A stretch of DNA of 64,000 nucleotides from Candidatus Saccharimonadota bacterium (GCA_017545595.1 JAFWLO010000011.1:37921-101920); one strand, 5' to 3'; numbered from the stretch's first letter, positions 10,272 to 19,136 are shown. A program made the numbers and translations. Notes: generated by a model not told the origin, from the sequence alone.

Positions 10272-10562
10272 ATGAATATTTCGAGCGTTATTAATTTCGT
10301 GATGAATCTTGTATTTTTTCTACTTTGTTCAGCAACAGTTCTCTTCATCGACGTCCTTTTCACAGATTTCACCATAAAAATCACCAAGGCCGTCCTCGAA
10401 GATTACTTCGTAGCCCACAAACCCACGCCACGTTCCAAAAAAATCCACACGTTCCTCCGAGACAACCAATACTACTTAGGAATAGTTTTCATCATTATCA
10501 TGGCTATCGTCGGCCTTTTGGTCGTCTCGAAACTCTTTCTTCTTATCATCGTGCGCTCCTAA
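10272..10562 (+). CDS. Small two-TM hypothetical protein
   Basis: SD GGAGG, two hydrophobic helices, upstream TGTTATAAT, downstream GCGCTCC/GGGGCGC hairpin with T-run. Confidence 0.6.
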   Translation: MNISSVINFVMNLVFFLLCSATVLFIDVLFTDFTIKITKAVLEDYFVAHKPTPRSKKIHTFLRDNQYYLGIVFIIIMAIVGLLVVSKLFLLIIVRS

Positions 10563-10607
10563 TCGGGGCGCTTTTTCTATTCTAAGAAAAATGGTATAAT
10601 ATTTCTC

Positions 10608-12971
10608 ATGAATCGTTACGAACCGCTAAAAATCGAACAAAAATGGCAAGAAAAATGGGAAAAAGAATCTCCGTTCAGAGCTCTCGACGGCGCAAAAGCC
10701 CCTAAAAAATTCCTCGCAGAGATGTTCCCGTATCCCTCCGGCGCCGGCCTCCACGTCGGTCATGTCCGCAATTTCACCATCGTCGATATTCTAGCGCGTT
10801 TTTATGCCCAAAAGGGCTTTAACGTCCTCCGCCCCTTCGGCTACGACACCTTTGGCCTTCCCGCCGAAAATTACGCCATAAAAACCGGCGTCTCTCCTCA
10901 ATCCGCGACAAAAATCAACGTAGAAAACTTCCGTAAACAGCTCAAACGCCTCGGTTATTACATAGATTGGGACAGGGAAATAAACACCTCTAATCCCGAA
11001 TACTACCGCTGGACTCAGTGGTGCTTCCTCCAACTCTACAAAAAAGGTCTAGCCTACCAAAAAGAATCTTATCAATGGTGGTGCCCCGTAGATCAAACCG
11101 TCCTCGCAAACGAGCAAGTCGAAAACGGCCACTGCTGGCGCTGTGGGGCTGAAGTCGAAAAAAAGAAGATGAAACAATGGTTCTTCAAAATAACCGAATA
11201 CGCCGATGAACTCCTCGAAGAAATCGATTCTCTCGACTGGCCCGACAAAATAAAAACCATGCAGAAAAACTGGATCGGAAAGAGCACCGGCGCGGAGATA
11301 GAATTCGAATTAGCTCCCGATTCTCAAGAAACCTCAGATTCAAGCACTAAAACAGCTATAACAGTTTTCACCACCCGCCCCGACACCATTTTCGGCGCGA
11401 CTTTCCTTGTCCTCGCCCCCGAACATCCTCTCGTCCCGCTCCTCGCGACCGAAAACACCCGCCCCGCCGTCGAAAAATACTGTGCCGACTCCCTTAAAAA
11501 GTCTGAGATCGAACGCCAAGAAAACAAAGAAAAAACCGGTGTTTTCACGGGTTCCTACGCTATAAATCCCGCCACGGGCGAAAAAATCCCTATTTGGGTT
11601 GCCGACTATATCCTCTCGGGCTACGGAACGGGCGCAATCATGGCTGTCCCTGCAGGCGACGAACGCGATCGTGAATTTGCAGAAAAATTCAACCTAGAAA
11701 TCCGAGAAATCGAAAAAACCCCAGAAAAACCCTTCGGAAAAGAAAAAACAACCTATCGTATGCGCGACTGGCTTATTTCTCGCCAACGTTATTGGGGTTG
11801 CCCCATCCCTATTGCTTACGATAAGTCCAGAAACCCCCACCCAATTCCCGAAGACCAACTTCCCGTCCTAATCCCCGAAGTTTCTGATTATAAGCCCGAC
11901 AACACCGGCCGTTCTGCCCTCGCAAAAGCGACCGATTGGCTCAAAGTTAAAATCCCCGTCGTTGACGAAAAAACCGGCGAGACTCATCTCGAAGAAATGA
12001 CCCGAGAAACCGACACTCTTGACGGCTATGCTTGCTCTTCTTGGTATCTCTGGCGCTACGCCTCCCCAAACTGCTCCGAATTTGCCTGGGACCCAGAAAA
12101 AATCGCCTACTGGGAACCCCTCGACATTTACTGCGGAGCCGACCACGCCGTCGCTCACCTTCTCTACATCCGTTTCTGGGCCAAATTCTTCGCCGACGAA
12201 GGAAAGCTCCCTTTCCGCGAGCCCGTAAAAACCCTTCTCTATAACGGCTACATCAACGCCCCCGACGGGAAGAAAATGTCGAAGTCAAAGGGCAACGTAA
12301 TCGATCCTCTCGACGTCATAAACTCCGGCTATGGCGCCGACACCCTCCGCACCTATGAAATGTTCATCGGTCCCTACGACCTTGATGCCGCCTGGAACCC
12401 CCGCTCAGTCGGCGGTGTCCACCGTTTTCTCTCAAGAGTTTACGCTCTCGCGTTTGACAAACAAACCCCCGAAAATGCCCTTAAAAATTCCGGTAAAACC
12501 GACAAAGCCCCCGAAGAAATCCCTCAAAACGCCCCGCTTCGCGCAAAAACCATTAAGCGCGTAACCGAAGACATAGAACGCTATTCCTTTAACACCGCCG
12601 TTTCTGCCCTCATGGAATTCGTAAACGACCTCTACAAATCCGGCGCCTCTGCCGAAGACATTATCATCCTCGCGAAGCTTCTAAAACCCTTCGCCCCTCA
12701 TCTCGCCTCAGAAATCCTTGAAGCCTACCATTCCGACGACTCTTGGCCAGTCTGCGACGAATCTCTCCTCGAGTCCGACCTCGTCCAGATCATCGTCCAA
12801 GTCAACGGGAAACTCCGTGGGAAACTTTCTCTCCCTGCCGAATTTCTCGAAAACGAAGAAGAAGTTAAAAAACTCGCTCTCGAAGATAAAAACGTCCAAA
12901 AATTCGTTAAAACCACTCCTAAAAAGACCATCTTCGTTAAAAAAGCCAAACTCCTCAATTTCGTAGTATAA
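10608..12971 (+). CDS. leuS: Leucine--tRNA ligase
   Basis: MFPYPSGAGLHVGH, CP1 editing motif VFTTRPDT, KMSKS. Confidence 0.98.
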   Translation: MNRYEPLKIEQKWQEKWEKESPFRALDGAKAPKKFLAEMFPYPSGAGLHVGHVRNFTIVDILARFYAQKGFNVLRPFGYDTFGLPAENYAIKTGVSPQSATKINVENFRKQLKRLGYYIDWDREINTSNPEYYRWTQWCFLQLYKKGLAYQKESYQWWCPVDQTVLANEQVENGHCWRCGAEVEKKKMKQWFFKITEYADELLEEIDSLDWPDKIKTMQKNWIGKSTGAEIEFELAPDSQETSDSSTKTAITVFTTRPDTIFGATFLVLAPEHPLVPLLATENTRPAVEKYCADSLKKSEIERQENKEKTGVFTGSYAINPATGEKIPIWVADYILSGYGTGAIMAVPAGDERDREFAEKFNLEIREIEKTPEKPFGKEKTTYRMRDWLISRQRYWGCPIPIAYDKSRNPHPIPEDQLPVLIPEVSDYKPDNTGRSALAKATDWLKVKIPVVDEKTGETHLEEMTRETDTLDGYACSSWYLWRYASPNCSEFAWDPEKIAYWEPLDIYCGADHAVAHLLYIRFWAKFFADEGKLPFREPVKTLLYNGYINAPDGKKMSKSKGNVIDPLDVINSGYGADTLRTYEMFIGPYDLDAAWNPRSVGGVHRFLSRVYALAFDKQTPENALKNSGKTDKAPEEIPQNAPLRAKTIKRVTEDIERYSFNTAVSALMEFVNDLYKSGASAEDIIILAKLLKPFAPHLASEILEAYHSDDSWPVCDESLLESDLVQIIVQVNGKLRGKLSLPAEFLENEEEVKKLALEDKNVQKFVKTTPKKTIFVKKAKLLNFVV

Positions 12972-13065
12972 TCCCCAAAAACCTCTAAAATCCTCAAAAA
13001 AATCTTAAACCCAGCCCTAAAATCTGCTAAACCCCCCAAGAAATCCCCTATAACCCCTCTTCCTC

Positions 13066-13148
13066 TTGACATTTTGTCCCTCTTGTGCTATAATAGAAAG
13101 ATAAATAGTCTTTTCTTCTTGCAATATACCCTAAAACGTGATAAAATA
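13066..13148 (+). promoter_or_regulatory. Tandem sigma70 promoters of the rpmF-nusB-NUDIX-rnc operon
   Basis: TTGACA-N17-TATAAT with TG (13066-13094) and TTGCAA-N17-TAAAAT further downstream. Confidence 0.7.
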
Positions 13149-13182
13149 CCCCCAAAGTAGTATGTATTATTAAAGGAGCATT

Positions 13183-13362
13183 ATGCCTGAACCTAAAAAA
13201 CAGAGCAGCCCTCGAAAAACTGGTCTCCGCAGGAGCCATCTTCGCCTGAAGCTTGCTCGTTCCGTTAATAAAATTTCCCCCGTAAAAGCCTTCGAAACCA
13301 AGAAGAAAACCCCTAACCTTAAAGTAAAAACCTCTAAATCTTCCAAAGCGAAAAAGGACTAG
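13183..13362 (+). CDS. rpmF: 50S ribosomal protein bL32, Cys-free (below the ORF track cutoff)
   Basis: 59 aa MPEPKKQSSPRKTGLRRSHLRLKL.., SD AAAGGAG, directly upstream of nusB. Confidence 0.85.
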   Translation: MPEPKKQSSPRKTGLRRSHLRLKLARSVNKISPVKAFETKKKTPNLKVKTSKSSKAKKD

Positions 13363-13364
13363 CG

Positions 13365-13865
13365 GTGGCGTCAAATCGGCATTTAGGCAGAATTATATCG
13401 CTTCAAAGTTTGTACGAATACGAATTCCGAAGCAAGGCGGGCGACAAAACAGCCGATATCGACCTTATCGTCGCGAAAAACATCATCCCTTACGAAAAAG
13501 CCCTCGGCGACACCGAATTCGTCTATCGCCTCACGAAAGGCGTCCTCGACCATGCAGCCGAGCTAGATAAGGATCTCGCCCCTCTCGCCCCCGAATGGCC
13601 CATCGAGTCCATCGCTTCAATCGACCGCAACGTCCTTCGCATCGGGCTCTACGAGCTTAAACATTGCATGGGTCAAGTCCCCCCGAAAGTCGCTATCAAC
13701 GAAGCTGTCGAGCTCGCGAAGGCTTTCGGTTCGGAAAATTCCTCACGCTTTATCAACGGCGTTCTTGGGACTGCCTTCAAAAACCTTAACTTAGAAACCA
13801 ATGAACAAGAAAACCCCAAACAGCCTGCCTCGGAGGAAACCTCCGCTAGCACGCAAGGGGAGTAA
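13365..13865 (+). CDS. nusB: Transcription antitermination factor NusB
   Basis: GRIISLQSLYEYEF, IDRNVLRIGLYEL, AINEAVELAKAFG, FINGVLG. Confidence 0.95.
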   Translation: MASNRHLGRIISLQSLYEYEFRSKAGDKTADIDLIVAKNIIPYEKALGDTEFVYRLTKGVLDHAAELDKDLAPLAPEWPIESIASIDRNVLRIGLYELKHCMGQVPPKVAINEAVELAKAFGSENSSRFINGVLGTAFKNLNLETNEQENPKQPASEETSASTQGE

Positions 13866-14394
13866 TCTAAAAGTTCCGGAAGCCCTTCCGAAACAATACA
13901 AACCCTCCCCAATCACAAAATTTCGTGAGACAGTTTTCAAGAAAAAACCAGCCATCCAAGAAATCGTCCGCGAACCGACCGCAGGTGGCATAGTTTTTCG
14001 TCTCTCGAAAGACAAACACGACATAGAAATCCTACTAATTCAAGATTCAAAAAATCGCTGGACAATCCCCAAAGGTCATATCGAACCAGGAGAAACCGCA
14101 AAACAAACAGCAATCCGAGAAATCGGAGAAGAAGCGGGTCTTTTCCATATCAACGTCCTCTGTTGGCTTGGAAAAATCCACTTCAAATATCGCCGTCTCG
14201 ACAAACTCGTTCTGATGACGACCCAGATCTACCTCGTCCATTCTCTCGACCTTCGAGAAACCCCAACAAAAGAAAAATGGATGAACGGCATAAAATGGTT
14301 TAAGTTTTCCGACGCTCTCGACGCCATCGAATACGAAGACATCGAAAAACTCATGCTAATTGCAAAGAAAAAAATCAGAAGTGGAGAATACTAA
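13801..14394 (+). CDS. NUDIX hydrolase (start uncertain; overlaps nusB by 65 nt)
   Basis: Nudix box GHIEPGETAKQTAIREIGEEAG. Confidence 0.88.
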   Translation: MNKKTPNSLPRRKPPLARKGSNLKVPEALPKQYKPSPITKFRETVFKKKPAIQEIVREPTAGGIVFRLSKDKHDIEILLIQDSKNRWTIPKGHIEPGETAKQTAIREIGEEAGLFHINVLCWLGKIHFKYRRLDKLVLMTTQIYLVHSLDLRETPTKEKWMNGIKWFKFSDALDAIEYEDIEKLMLIAKKKIRSGEY

Positions 14395-14397
14395 TAT

Positions 14398-15114
14398 ATG
14401 GACACAACTCCCTATCAAGAATTCGCAAAAGAAAAACTAGGCTTCGAATTTTCCGACATCAACCTCCTCGTAACCGCCCTAACCCACCGAAGTTACGTTA
14501 ACGAACATAAAAAATCAACCCACGACCACAACGAACGTCTCGAATTCCTCGGCGATGCCGTTCTCGAGCTCGTTTCGAGCGACTTTCTCTTTCGGAACTA
14601 CAACGAACCCGAAGGCATCATGACCTCTTGGCGCGCCGCCCTCGTCCGCACAGAATCCATCGGCGCCGCTGGCGAAGAACTCGGCTATGCTCCTCTCGTC
14701 CGTCTCTCTAAGGGCGAAAAACACGGCTCCGACCGCGCCCACGCCGTCATCCTCGCCGACTGCTTCGAAGCCGTCATTGGCGCCATCTATCTCGACAAAG
14801 GCTACGACGAAGCGAAAAAATTCATAGAAAAACACATTCTCGTTAAGATAAACGAAATCCTCGAAGAGGGCTCCTGGCGCGACCCAAAGTCCTATTTCCA
14901 AGAACTCGCCCAAAAACACGACGGAGAAACCCCCTCTTATCATACCCTAAAAGAAGAAGGCCCCGACCACGACAAATCTTTCACGGTCGGCGTCTATGTC
15001 GGAAAGGCCATCCGTGGAGTCGGAACCGGCCACTCTAAACAAGAAGCTCAAACCGCCGCCGCGAAAGAGGGAATTAAATTCTACAAAAATCAGAAAAAAC
15101 CCTCAAAACCTTGA
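14398..15114 (+). CDS. rnc: Ribonuclease III
   Basis: HNERLEFLGDAVL signature plus dsRBD (DPKSYFQE, GPDHDKSF). Confidence 0.97.
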   Translation: MDTTPYQEFAKEKLGFEFSDINLLVTALTHRSYVNEHKKSTHDHNERLEFLGDAVLELVSSDFLFRNYNEPEGIMTSWRAALVRTESIGAAGEELGYAPLVRLSKGEKHGSDRAHAVILADCFEAVIGAIYLDKGYDEAKKFIEKHILVKINEILEEGSWRDPKSYFQELAQKHDGETPSYHTLKEEGPDHDKSFTVGVYVGKAIRGVGTGHSKQEAQTAAAKEGIKFYKNQKKPSKP

Positions 15115-15197
15115 CTTTTTTCGCATTTTATGATACAATAGAGTTGTAGCTATGCGTTTTTGCGCATTTTTAGGCACTTTTTTCAAAGGAGGGAACT

Positions 15198-15842
15198 ATG
15201 GAATTTAGTATGGAGATGTTTCAGGGAATTAGAGACATAAAACACGACGCAAAACGAACCGCTTATAAACGCCACGCTTTCTCTCACTACGCATCCTATC
15301 TTCGCGAAGAAGCTCGTCATCGCAATTTTTCTCCAAGGGAACTGCTGTTCCTAAACCTAATGATATCCTTTCTCGATCGTCACATGGGCGACAGAATTGA
15401 TGTCGCCACCGTTCGCGCAATCGAAGATACCGTCGAACTTTTGAGTAGCCAAATCGTCGAGACTTCAAAATACCTCGATAGTCTAATGCTCAATCAGAAA
15501 CTCGAAAGATTCCCGAAAAGATTGCGCGAAGATGATGAGTTTGATCATTATGCAATTCTCAAAGATGACGGTTTTATCTATTACGCGATTTACAACTACA
15601 TCGCGGAGATAAAAGACGGTCTCTTCCGTATTCCGGAGCTTTTAAGAAACACGACGACGGATTCGTTCCGAGTTAGCACCTACGAATACTTTAAGTATTT
15701 CGTTGATAGCTTCGAAGTCCTCACCCCCGAGGAAGGCCGCTCAACATCTCCGCTTTACCTCTCTGTCCTCTATTACGTCGAGTTCTACTACGTCCGCACC
15801 GGCCGACATGCCATGGAACTCGCCTACGACCCCACCATTTAA
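15198..15842 (+). CDS. Orphan hypothetical protein with its own promoter and terminator
   Basis: 214 aa, SD AAGGAGG, upstream TTGACT..TGATACAAT; no motif recognised. Confidence 0.7.
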   Translation: MEFSMEMFQGIRDIKHDAKRTAYKRHAFSHYASYLREEARHRNFSPRELLFLNLMISFLDRHMGDRIDVATVRAIEDTVELLSSQIVETSKYLDSLMLNQKLERFPKRLREDDEFDHYAILKDDGFIYYAIYNYIAEIKDGLFRIPELLRNTTTDSFRVSTYEYFKYFVDSFEVLTPEEGRSTSPLYLSVLYYVEFYYVRTGRHAMELAYDPTI

Positions 15843-15859
15843 CCCTCCTTCCTCTCTTC

Positions 15860-15883
15860 AAGCGCCCTTCGGGGCGCTTTTTT
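15860..15883 (+). terminator. Intrinsic terminator
   Basis: AAGCGCCC-TTCG-GGGCGCTT followed by a T-run. Confidence 0.85.
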
Positions 15884-15905
15884 ACGTTTTTCTGTCTAAA
15901 AACTC

Positions 15906-15934
15906 TTGACAAACATAAGTTGTTTGACTATAAT
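15906..15934 (+). promoter_or_regulatory. Consensus sigma70 promoter with an operator-like palindrome in the spacer
   Basis: TTGACA-N17-TATAAT; CAAACA-N5-TGTTTG at 15910-15926. Confidence 0.8.
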
Positions 15935-15939
15935 GACAT

Positions 15940-16043
15940 TAGTTCATTTTGAACAAAAGCTAACTGCGAGTCAGCTTTACACATAACAAGTTGAGAGCTT
16001 ATATGTTCAAAAATCCACGGGTTTGGCTACCGGTGGTTTTTTG
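15940..16043 (+). ncRNA. Putative ~100-nt structured small RNA or attenuating leader
   Basis: TTTTGAACA/TGTTCAAAA outer stem, AAAGCT/AGCTTT inner stem, terminal CCACGG/CCGGTGG hairpin followed by T6. Confidence 0.45.
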
Positions 16044-16117
16044 GTTCTAAAAATCTCTCCGGCACCAACAGTTTCTCCACCCTCTTCGACTCAACGCTAT
16101 CTATGAATGTAGGAAGC

Positions 16118-16342
16118 AACCTCACCAGAGCCGATTCCGGTATTCTATCCGAACCGTTTGCGTTTCCTCGTAGTGGCTACTATGGCTGGAGCTCTACTGG
16201 CCTTAACGATAGGAGTTCGGTCGGCAACTACTGGTCTTCGCATAGTCACTCTACCACGTACTCTCACGGCCAGCACTTCTACTCTACGGACTTCGGCCCT
16301 CAGAATAGGTACGGCAAGGGCTACGGCTTTGCAGTCCGTTGT
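16118..16342 (+). repeat. DGR-type variable-region copy VR1 (within short ORF 16103-16432)
   Basis: Encodes ..PFAFPRSGYYGW..GNYWSS..KGYGFAVRC; aligns without gaps to three other copies, with differences at codon positions 1-2. Confidence 0.85.
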
Positions 16343-16379
16343 GTTTCTAAAAATGCAGCGGTTTTCTCCTATGGAAGAA

Positions 16380-16540
16380 AGCTCTTACTCGGGAATATCC
16401 GGAGCTGGCGAGCGGGGAGTTTCCAGCTTTGAGCGACGTCCGCAGGTTACGACCGAGGATAAGGAGGCCGACACCCGCGACGGCGGGCTGGCGGAACTCC
16501 AGTCGCGCAAAATGGAAACGACCGCAAGCGAGCCTCCTAT
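16380..16540 (+). ncRNA. GC-rich multi-hairpin element between VR1 and VR2
   Basis: Stems AGCTGG/CCAGCT, AGGAGGC/GCCTCCT, CCCGC/GCGGG, CTGG/CCAG; ~62% GC with G>C against the local skew. Confidence 0.45.
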
Positions 16541-16611
16541 AAAAGAGAGAATTAGAAAACAAATAAGCACATCAAAACATTCCGAAGAAAATATGGAAGA
16601 AGTCGCAATGA

Positions 16612-17145
16612 GTGCAACCACCCAAAAGAACCATCACCAGAGCCGACTCCAGTATTCTCTCCGAACCGTTTGCACTTCTCCGTAGTGGTTACTATTACTG
16701 GTACTCTACTGGCCTTCGCAATAGGAGTTCGTACGGCGACTACTGGCTTTCACCTACTTTCTCCACCACGAGCTCTCACTACCAGAACTTCGCCTCTACA
16801 GGCTTCAATCCTCGGAATGTGAGTCTCAAGGGCTACGGCTTCGCAGTCCGGTGCGTCGCGTTTTTCTCCTCCTTTTTCAGCTCAATGCTCTCTATGAATG
16901 TAGGAAGTAACTTAACCAGAGCCGACTCCGGTGTTCTCTCCGAACCGTTTGCGTTTGTCCGTAGTGGTAATTATAACTGGCACTCTACTGGCCTTTTCAA
17001 TAGGAGCTCGCGCGGCCACCACTGGTCTTCGCACACTTTCACTACCACGTACTCTCACTACCAGCACTTCGACTCTACGAACTTCAATCCTCCGGGTGAG
17101 GGCAACAGGGGCTTTGGCTTCTCGATTCGTTGTGTCGCTCGGTAG
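16612..17145 (+). CDS. ORF made of two tandem DGR-type variable regions, VR2 (16630-16854) and VR3 (16909-17133); may be silent
   Basis: In-frame fusion of two G.YW..RCV lectin-like C-termini; GTG start, no N-terminal carrier domain. Confidence 0.6.
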   Translation: MQPPKRTITRADSSILSEPFALLRSGYYYWYSTGLRNRSSYGDYWLSPTFSTTSSHYQNFASTGFNPRNVSLKGYGFAVRCVAFFSSFFSSMLSMNVGSNLTRADSGVLSEPFAFVRSGNYNWHSTGLFNRSSRGHHWSSHTFTTTYSHYQHFDSTNFNPPGEGNRGFGFSIRCVAR

Positions 17146-17293
17146 GCAGCTCTTCCTCTTCGCGCCTTCTTCTTAGAAATTCTTCAATAATGCGCCTCGA
17201 TGAGCAATTTCGAGAACAGCTCCCTCGGACCCTCCTCTTGCATTTTCTCTAAAAATACGCTAAAATATACTGAAAATTAATTAAGGAGAAATC

Positions 17294-17647
17294 ATGCTCG
17301 CGATTCGAATGCAGCGTAATGGCCGCGCACACCTCCCAGTGTACCGGATAGTCGTCCAAGAATCCCAGCGTCACCCTCTTTCCGGGCGCGTTGTGGCTGA
17401 GGTCGGCTCATACAACCCCGAAACAAAGCAAACCACCCTCGACAAAGAAAAAATCGAGTTTTATCTCAAGAACGGCGCCCAACCTTCTTCTCGTGTCGCC
17501 TTCGTCCTTGAGAAAAACGGGATAACTCTCCCCGCCTGGTATAAAAAACCTGCCGAGAAGCACAAGTCCGCGAAACACGCCGACAAACTTCGCAAAAACC
17601 AACCAAAGGAAGAAGAACCTTCCGAGGCTGAATCGTCCGCGGAATAA
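17294..17647 (+). CDS. rpsP: 30S ribosomal protein bS16
   Basis: MLAIRMQRNGR..PVYRIVV, VGSYNP, GAQPS; SD AAGGAG. Confidence 0.95.
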   Translation: MLAIRMQRNGRAHLPVYRIVVQESQRHPLSGRVVAEVGSYNPETKQTTLDKEKIEFYLKNGAQPSSRVAFVLEKNGITLPAWYKKPAEKHKSAKHADKLRKNQPKEEEPSEAESSAE

Positions 17648-17660
17648 TTCCAAAAACCAA

Positions 17661-17688
17661 AAAATAGCCCTCTTCCGGGCTATTTTTT
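17661..17688 (+). terminator. Intrinsic terminator
   Basis: AAAATAGCCC/GGGCTATTTT followed by T. Confidence 0.8.
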
Positions 17689-17734
17689 AATAATTGTGCT
17701 ATAATAAAATTACAAACTTAATACGGAGAATAAA

Positions 17735-18115
17735 ATGGCAACCATTGACCAGCAATTTGTCGAGTACATCGTGAAAACCCTCGTGAACAATCCTGATAAA
17801 GTTTCCGTCGAAAGAAAAATCGACGAAAAAGGCGTCCTTCTATCCCTCTCTGTCGATCCAGAAGATGTTGGTCGTGTTATCGGAAAACGCGGCGCGACTG
17901 CCCAGTCCATCCGCACCCTTCTTCGCGCCCTCGGCACGAAAAACGACGCCCGCTACAATCTCAAGATAGTCAACACCGACGATTTGTCTTCCTCTGATTC
18001 TTCCGATTCTTTCTCGGGCGAAGAAACCTCCGATTCTTCCGAAGAATCCGATTCTTCTCGCCTCGCCGAGAAAACCCGCGCCGAAATGGAAGACCTTGAC
18101 GATCTCGACATCTAA
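17735..18115 (+). CDS. khpA: KH-domain RNA-binding protein (KhpA family)
   Basis: DVGRVIGKRG GxxG loop, downstream of rpsP. Confidence 0.88.
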   Translation: MATIDQQFVEYIVKTLVNNPDKVSVERKIDEKGVLLSLSVDPEDVGRVIGKRGATAQSIRTLLRALGTKNDARYNLKIVNTDDLSSSDSSDSFSGEETSDSSEESDSSRLAEKTRAEMEDLDDLDI

Positions 18116-18142
18116 AAATTTCTTTTTAGTCCTATAAAAATC

Positions 18143-18165
18143 GCCCCAGTTTCCTGGGGCTTTTT
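18143..18165. terminator. Intrinsic terminator between convergent genes
   Basis: GCCCCAG/CTGGGGC followed by a T-run. Confidence 0.8.
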
Positions 18166-18168
18166 GTT

Positions 18169-18603
18169 TTAGTTTGTTTCTGGAGTGTAAACTCCGAGGT
18201 CATTCACGATAAGTTTTTCTCTCTGCAAAATCTCAAGCGGAACATCAAATCTCCATGTCTGGATTTCGTAAAGGTGAGGCTTTCCATCCTCAGAGTCAAT
18301 GATTTCTCCGGTTCTAGTATAAGAAAACGACGATTCAACTTTCTCATGAACGTTCAAAAGCTCAACATTTTTATCTAAATCTTTTACATAAAAGTGATAA
18401 AAGAAAAACGTCAGAGAAAACACTATCATTCCCGAAAGAATAATTGCCACTCCCGTCGCATGATCAACATCAATTCCCATTTTTACACTAAAAAACCGAT
18501 AAAAAATCTCTGACAAAATCGCCGAAAGAAGCAAAACAAGAAGAACAATTGTGTTTCCCATCTCTAGAAGTTCCCAAAAGTTAAAAAAATCCGTCCAGTG
18601 CAT
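18169..18603 (-). CDS. Orphan two-TM hypothetical protein
   Basis: 144 aa, SD GAGGGG, two hydrophobic segments. Confidence 0.65.
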   Translation of the reverse strand: MHWTDFFNFWELLEMGNTIVLLVLLLSAILSEIFYRFFSVKMGIDVDHATGVAIILSGMIVFSLTFFFYHFYVKDLDKNVELLNVHEKVESSFSYTRTGEIIDSEDGKPHLYEIQTWRFDVPLEILQREKLIVNDLGVYTPETN

Positions 18604-18692
18604 AAAATTCCCCCTCTCAAGAATACGAAGATACGAAACAAACTGATTTTAAGGTGCAGTAAAATCCCCCGACGTTTAGCCGGGGGTTGATG

Positions 18693-19136
18693 TTAAATTG
18701 ACACTCTCCAAGCGCTAGAATTCGGATGGACCGAAAGAAGGAACGAAAGTTCCGAATCATACAGCGCCGGACCTGCTTTTGACTTTGAAGTGAGGAAAGC
18801 ATCTTCGCTATCCGTTGATGTGTAGCAAGCTACCGGAAGAAGCGGCGTTTCTGCCATCCCAGGACGCTTTACCTTTATCCCCTCCTTATCGTAATCCATG
18901 AACGGATTAAACCAATAACTCTGATCAACCCAGACATGAAGTCCCGGCTTGATATTTCTCGCCCGAGCGTAACCGAAAAGCAAAACTTCCTGTTTTAAGG
19001 GAAGATTCATCTGAGAAAGAAAATTCAGAATATGCTTCGGCCCGACCCCAGTCAGGTAAATATCTGCCTCCTCCGTTCCGCAAAATGTTTTCTTAGCCAG
19101 TTCAAAGTCTTTCTGTGATGGTGCCAAAATAATCAT
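18693..19136 (-). CDS. Hypothetical protein, possibly a degenerate nucleoside-phosphorylase-like fold
   Basis: IYLTGVG, LLFGYAR, ACYTSTD, YDSEL resemble PNP/MTAN-like motifs; own promoter TTGCAA-N17-TATAAT and hairpin at ~18661-18688. Confidence 0.55.
   Translation of the reverse strand: MIILAPSQKDFELAKKTFCGTEEADIYLTGVGPKHILNFLSQMNLPLKQEVLLFGYARARNIKPGLHVWVDQSYWFNPFMDYDKEGIKVKRPGMAETPLLPVACYTSTDSEDAFLTSKSKAGPALYDSELSFLLSVHPNSSAWRVSI

Noticed and set aside
13048-13374. 108-aa minus-strand ORF
   Set aside because: Antisense to rpmF, which has the SD, the family motif and operon context.
16158-16685. 175-aa ORF, and similar MRFLVV/MFSP ORFs at 16931-17176 and 54958-55152, as real proteins
   Set aside because: These are shifted frames of the VR repeats. 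The conserved lectin-like motifs and the variation pattern are in the other frame.
16118-17133. One of the repeat copies as the DGR template repeat
   Set aside because: For every pair, mismatches occur where each copy has a non-A base (e.g. GTC vs CGC, GGC vs CTC), so all derive from an unseen A-rich template.
16103-17145. CRISPR array
   Set aside because: Units are ~225 bp coding-like repeats with internal codon-patterned variation, not 25-45 bp repeats with unique spacers; no cas genes.
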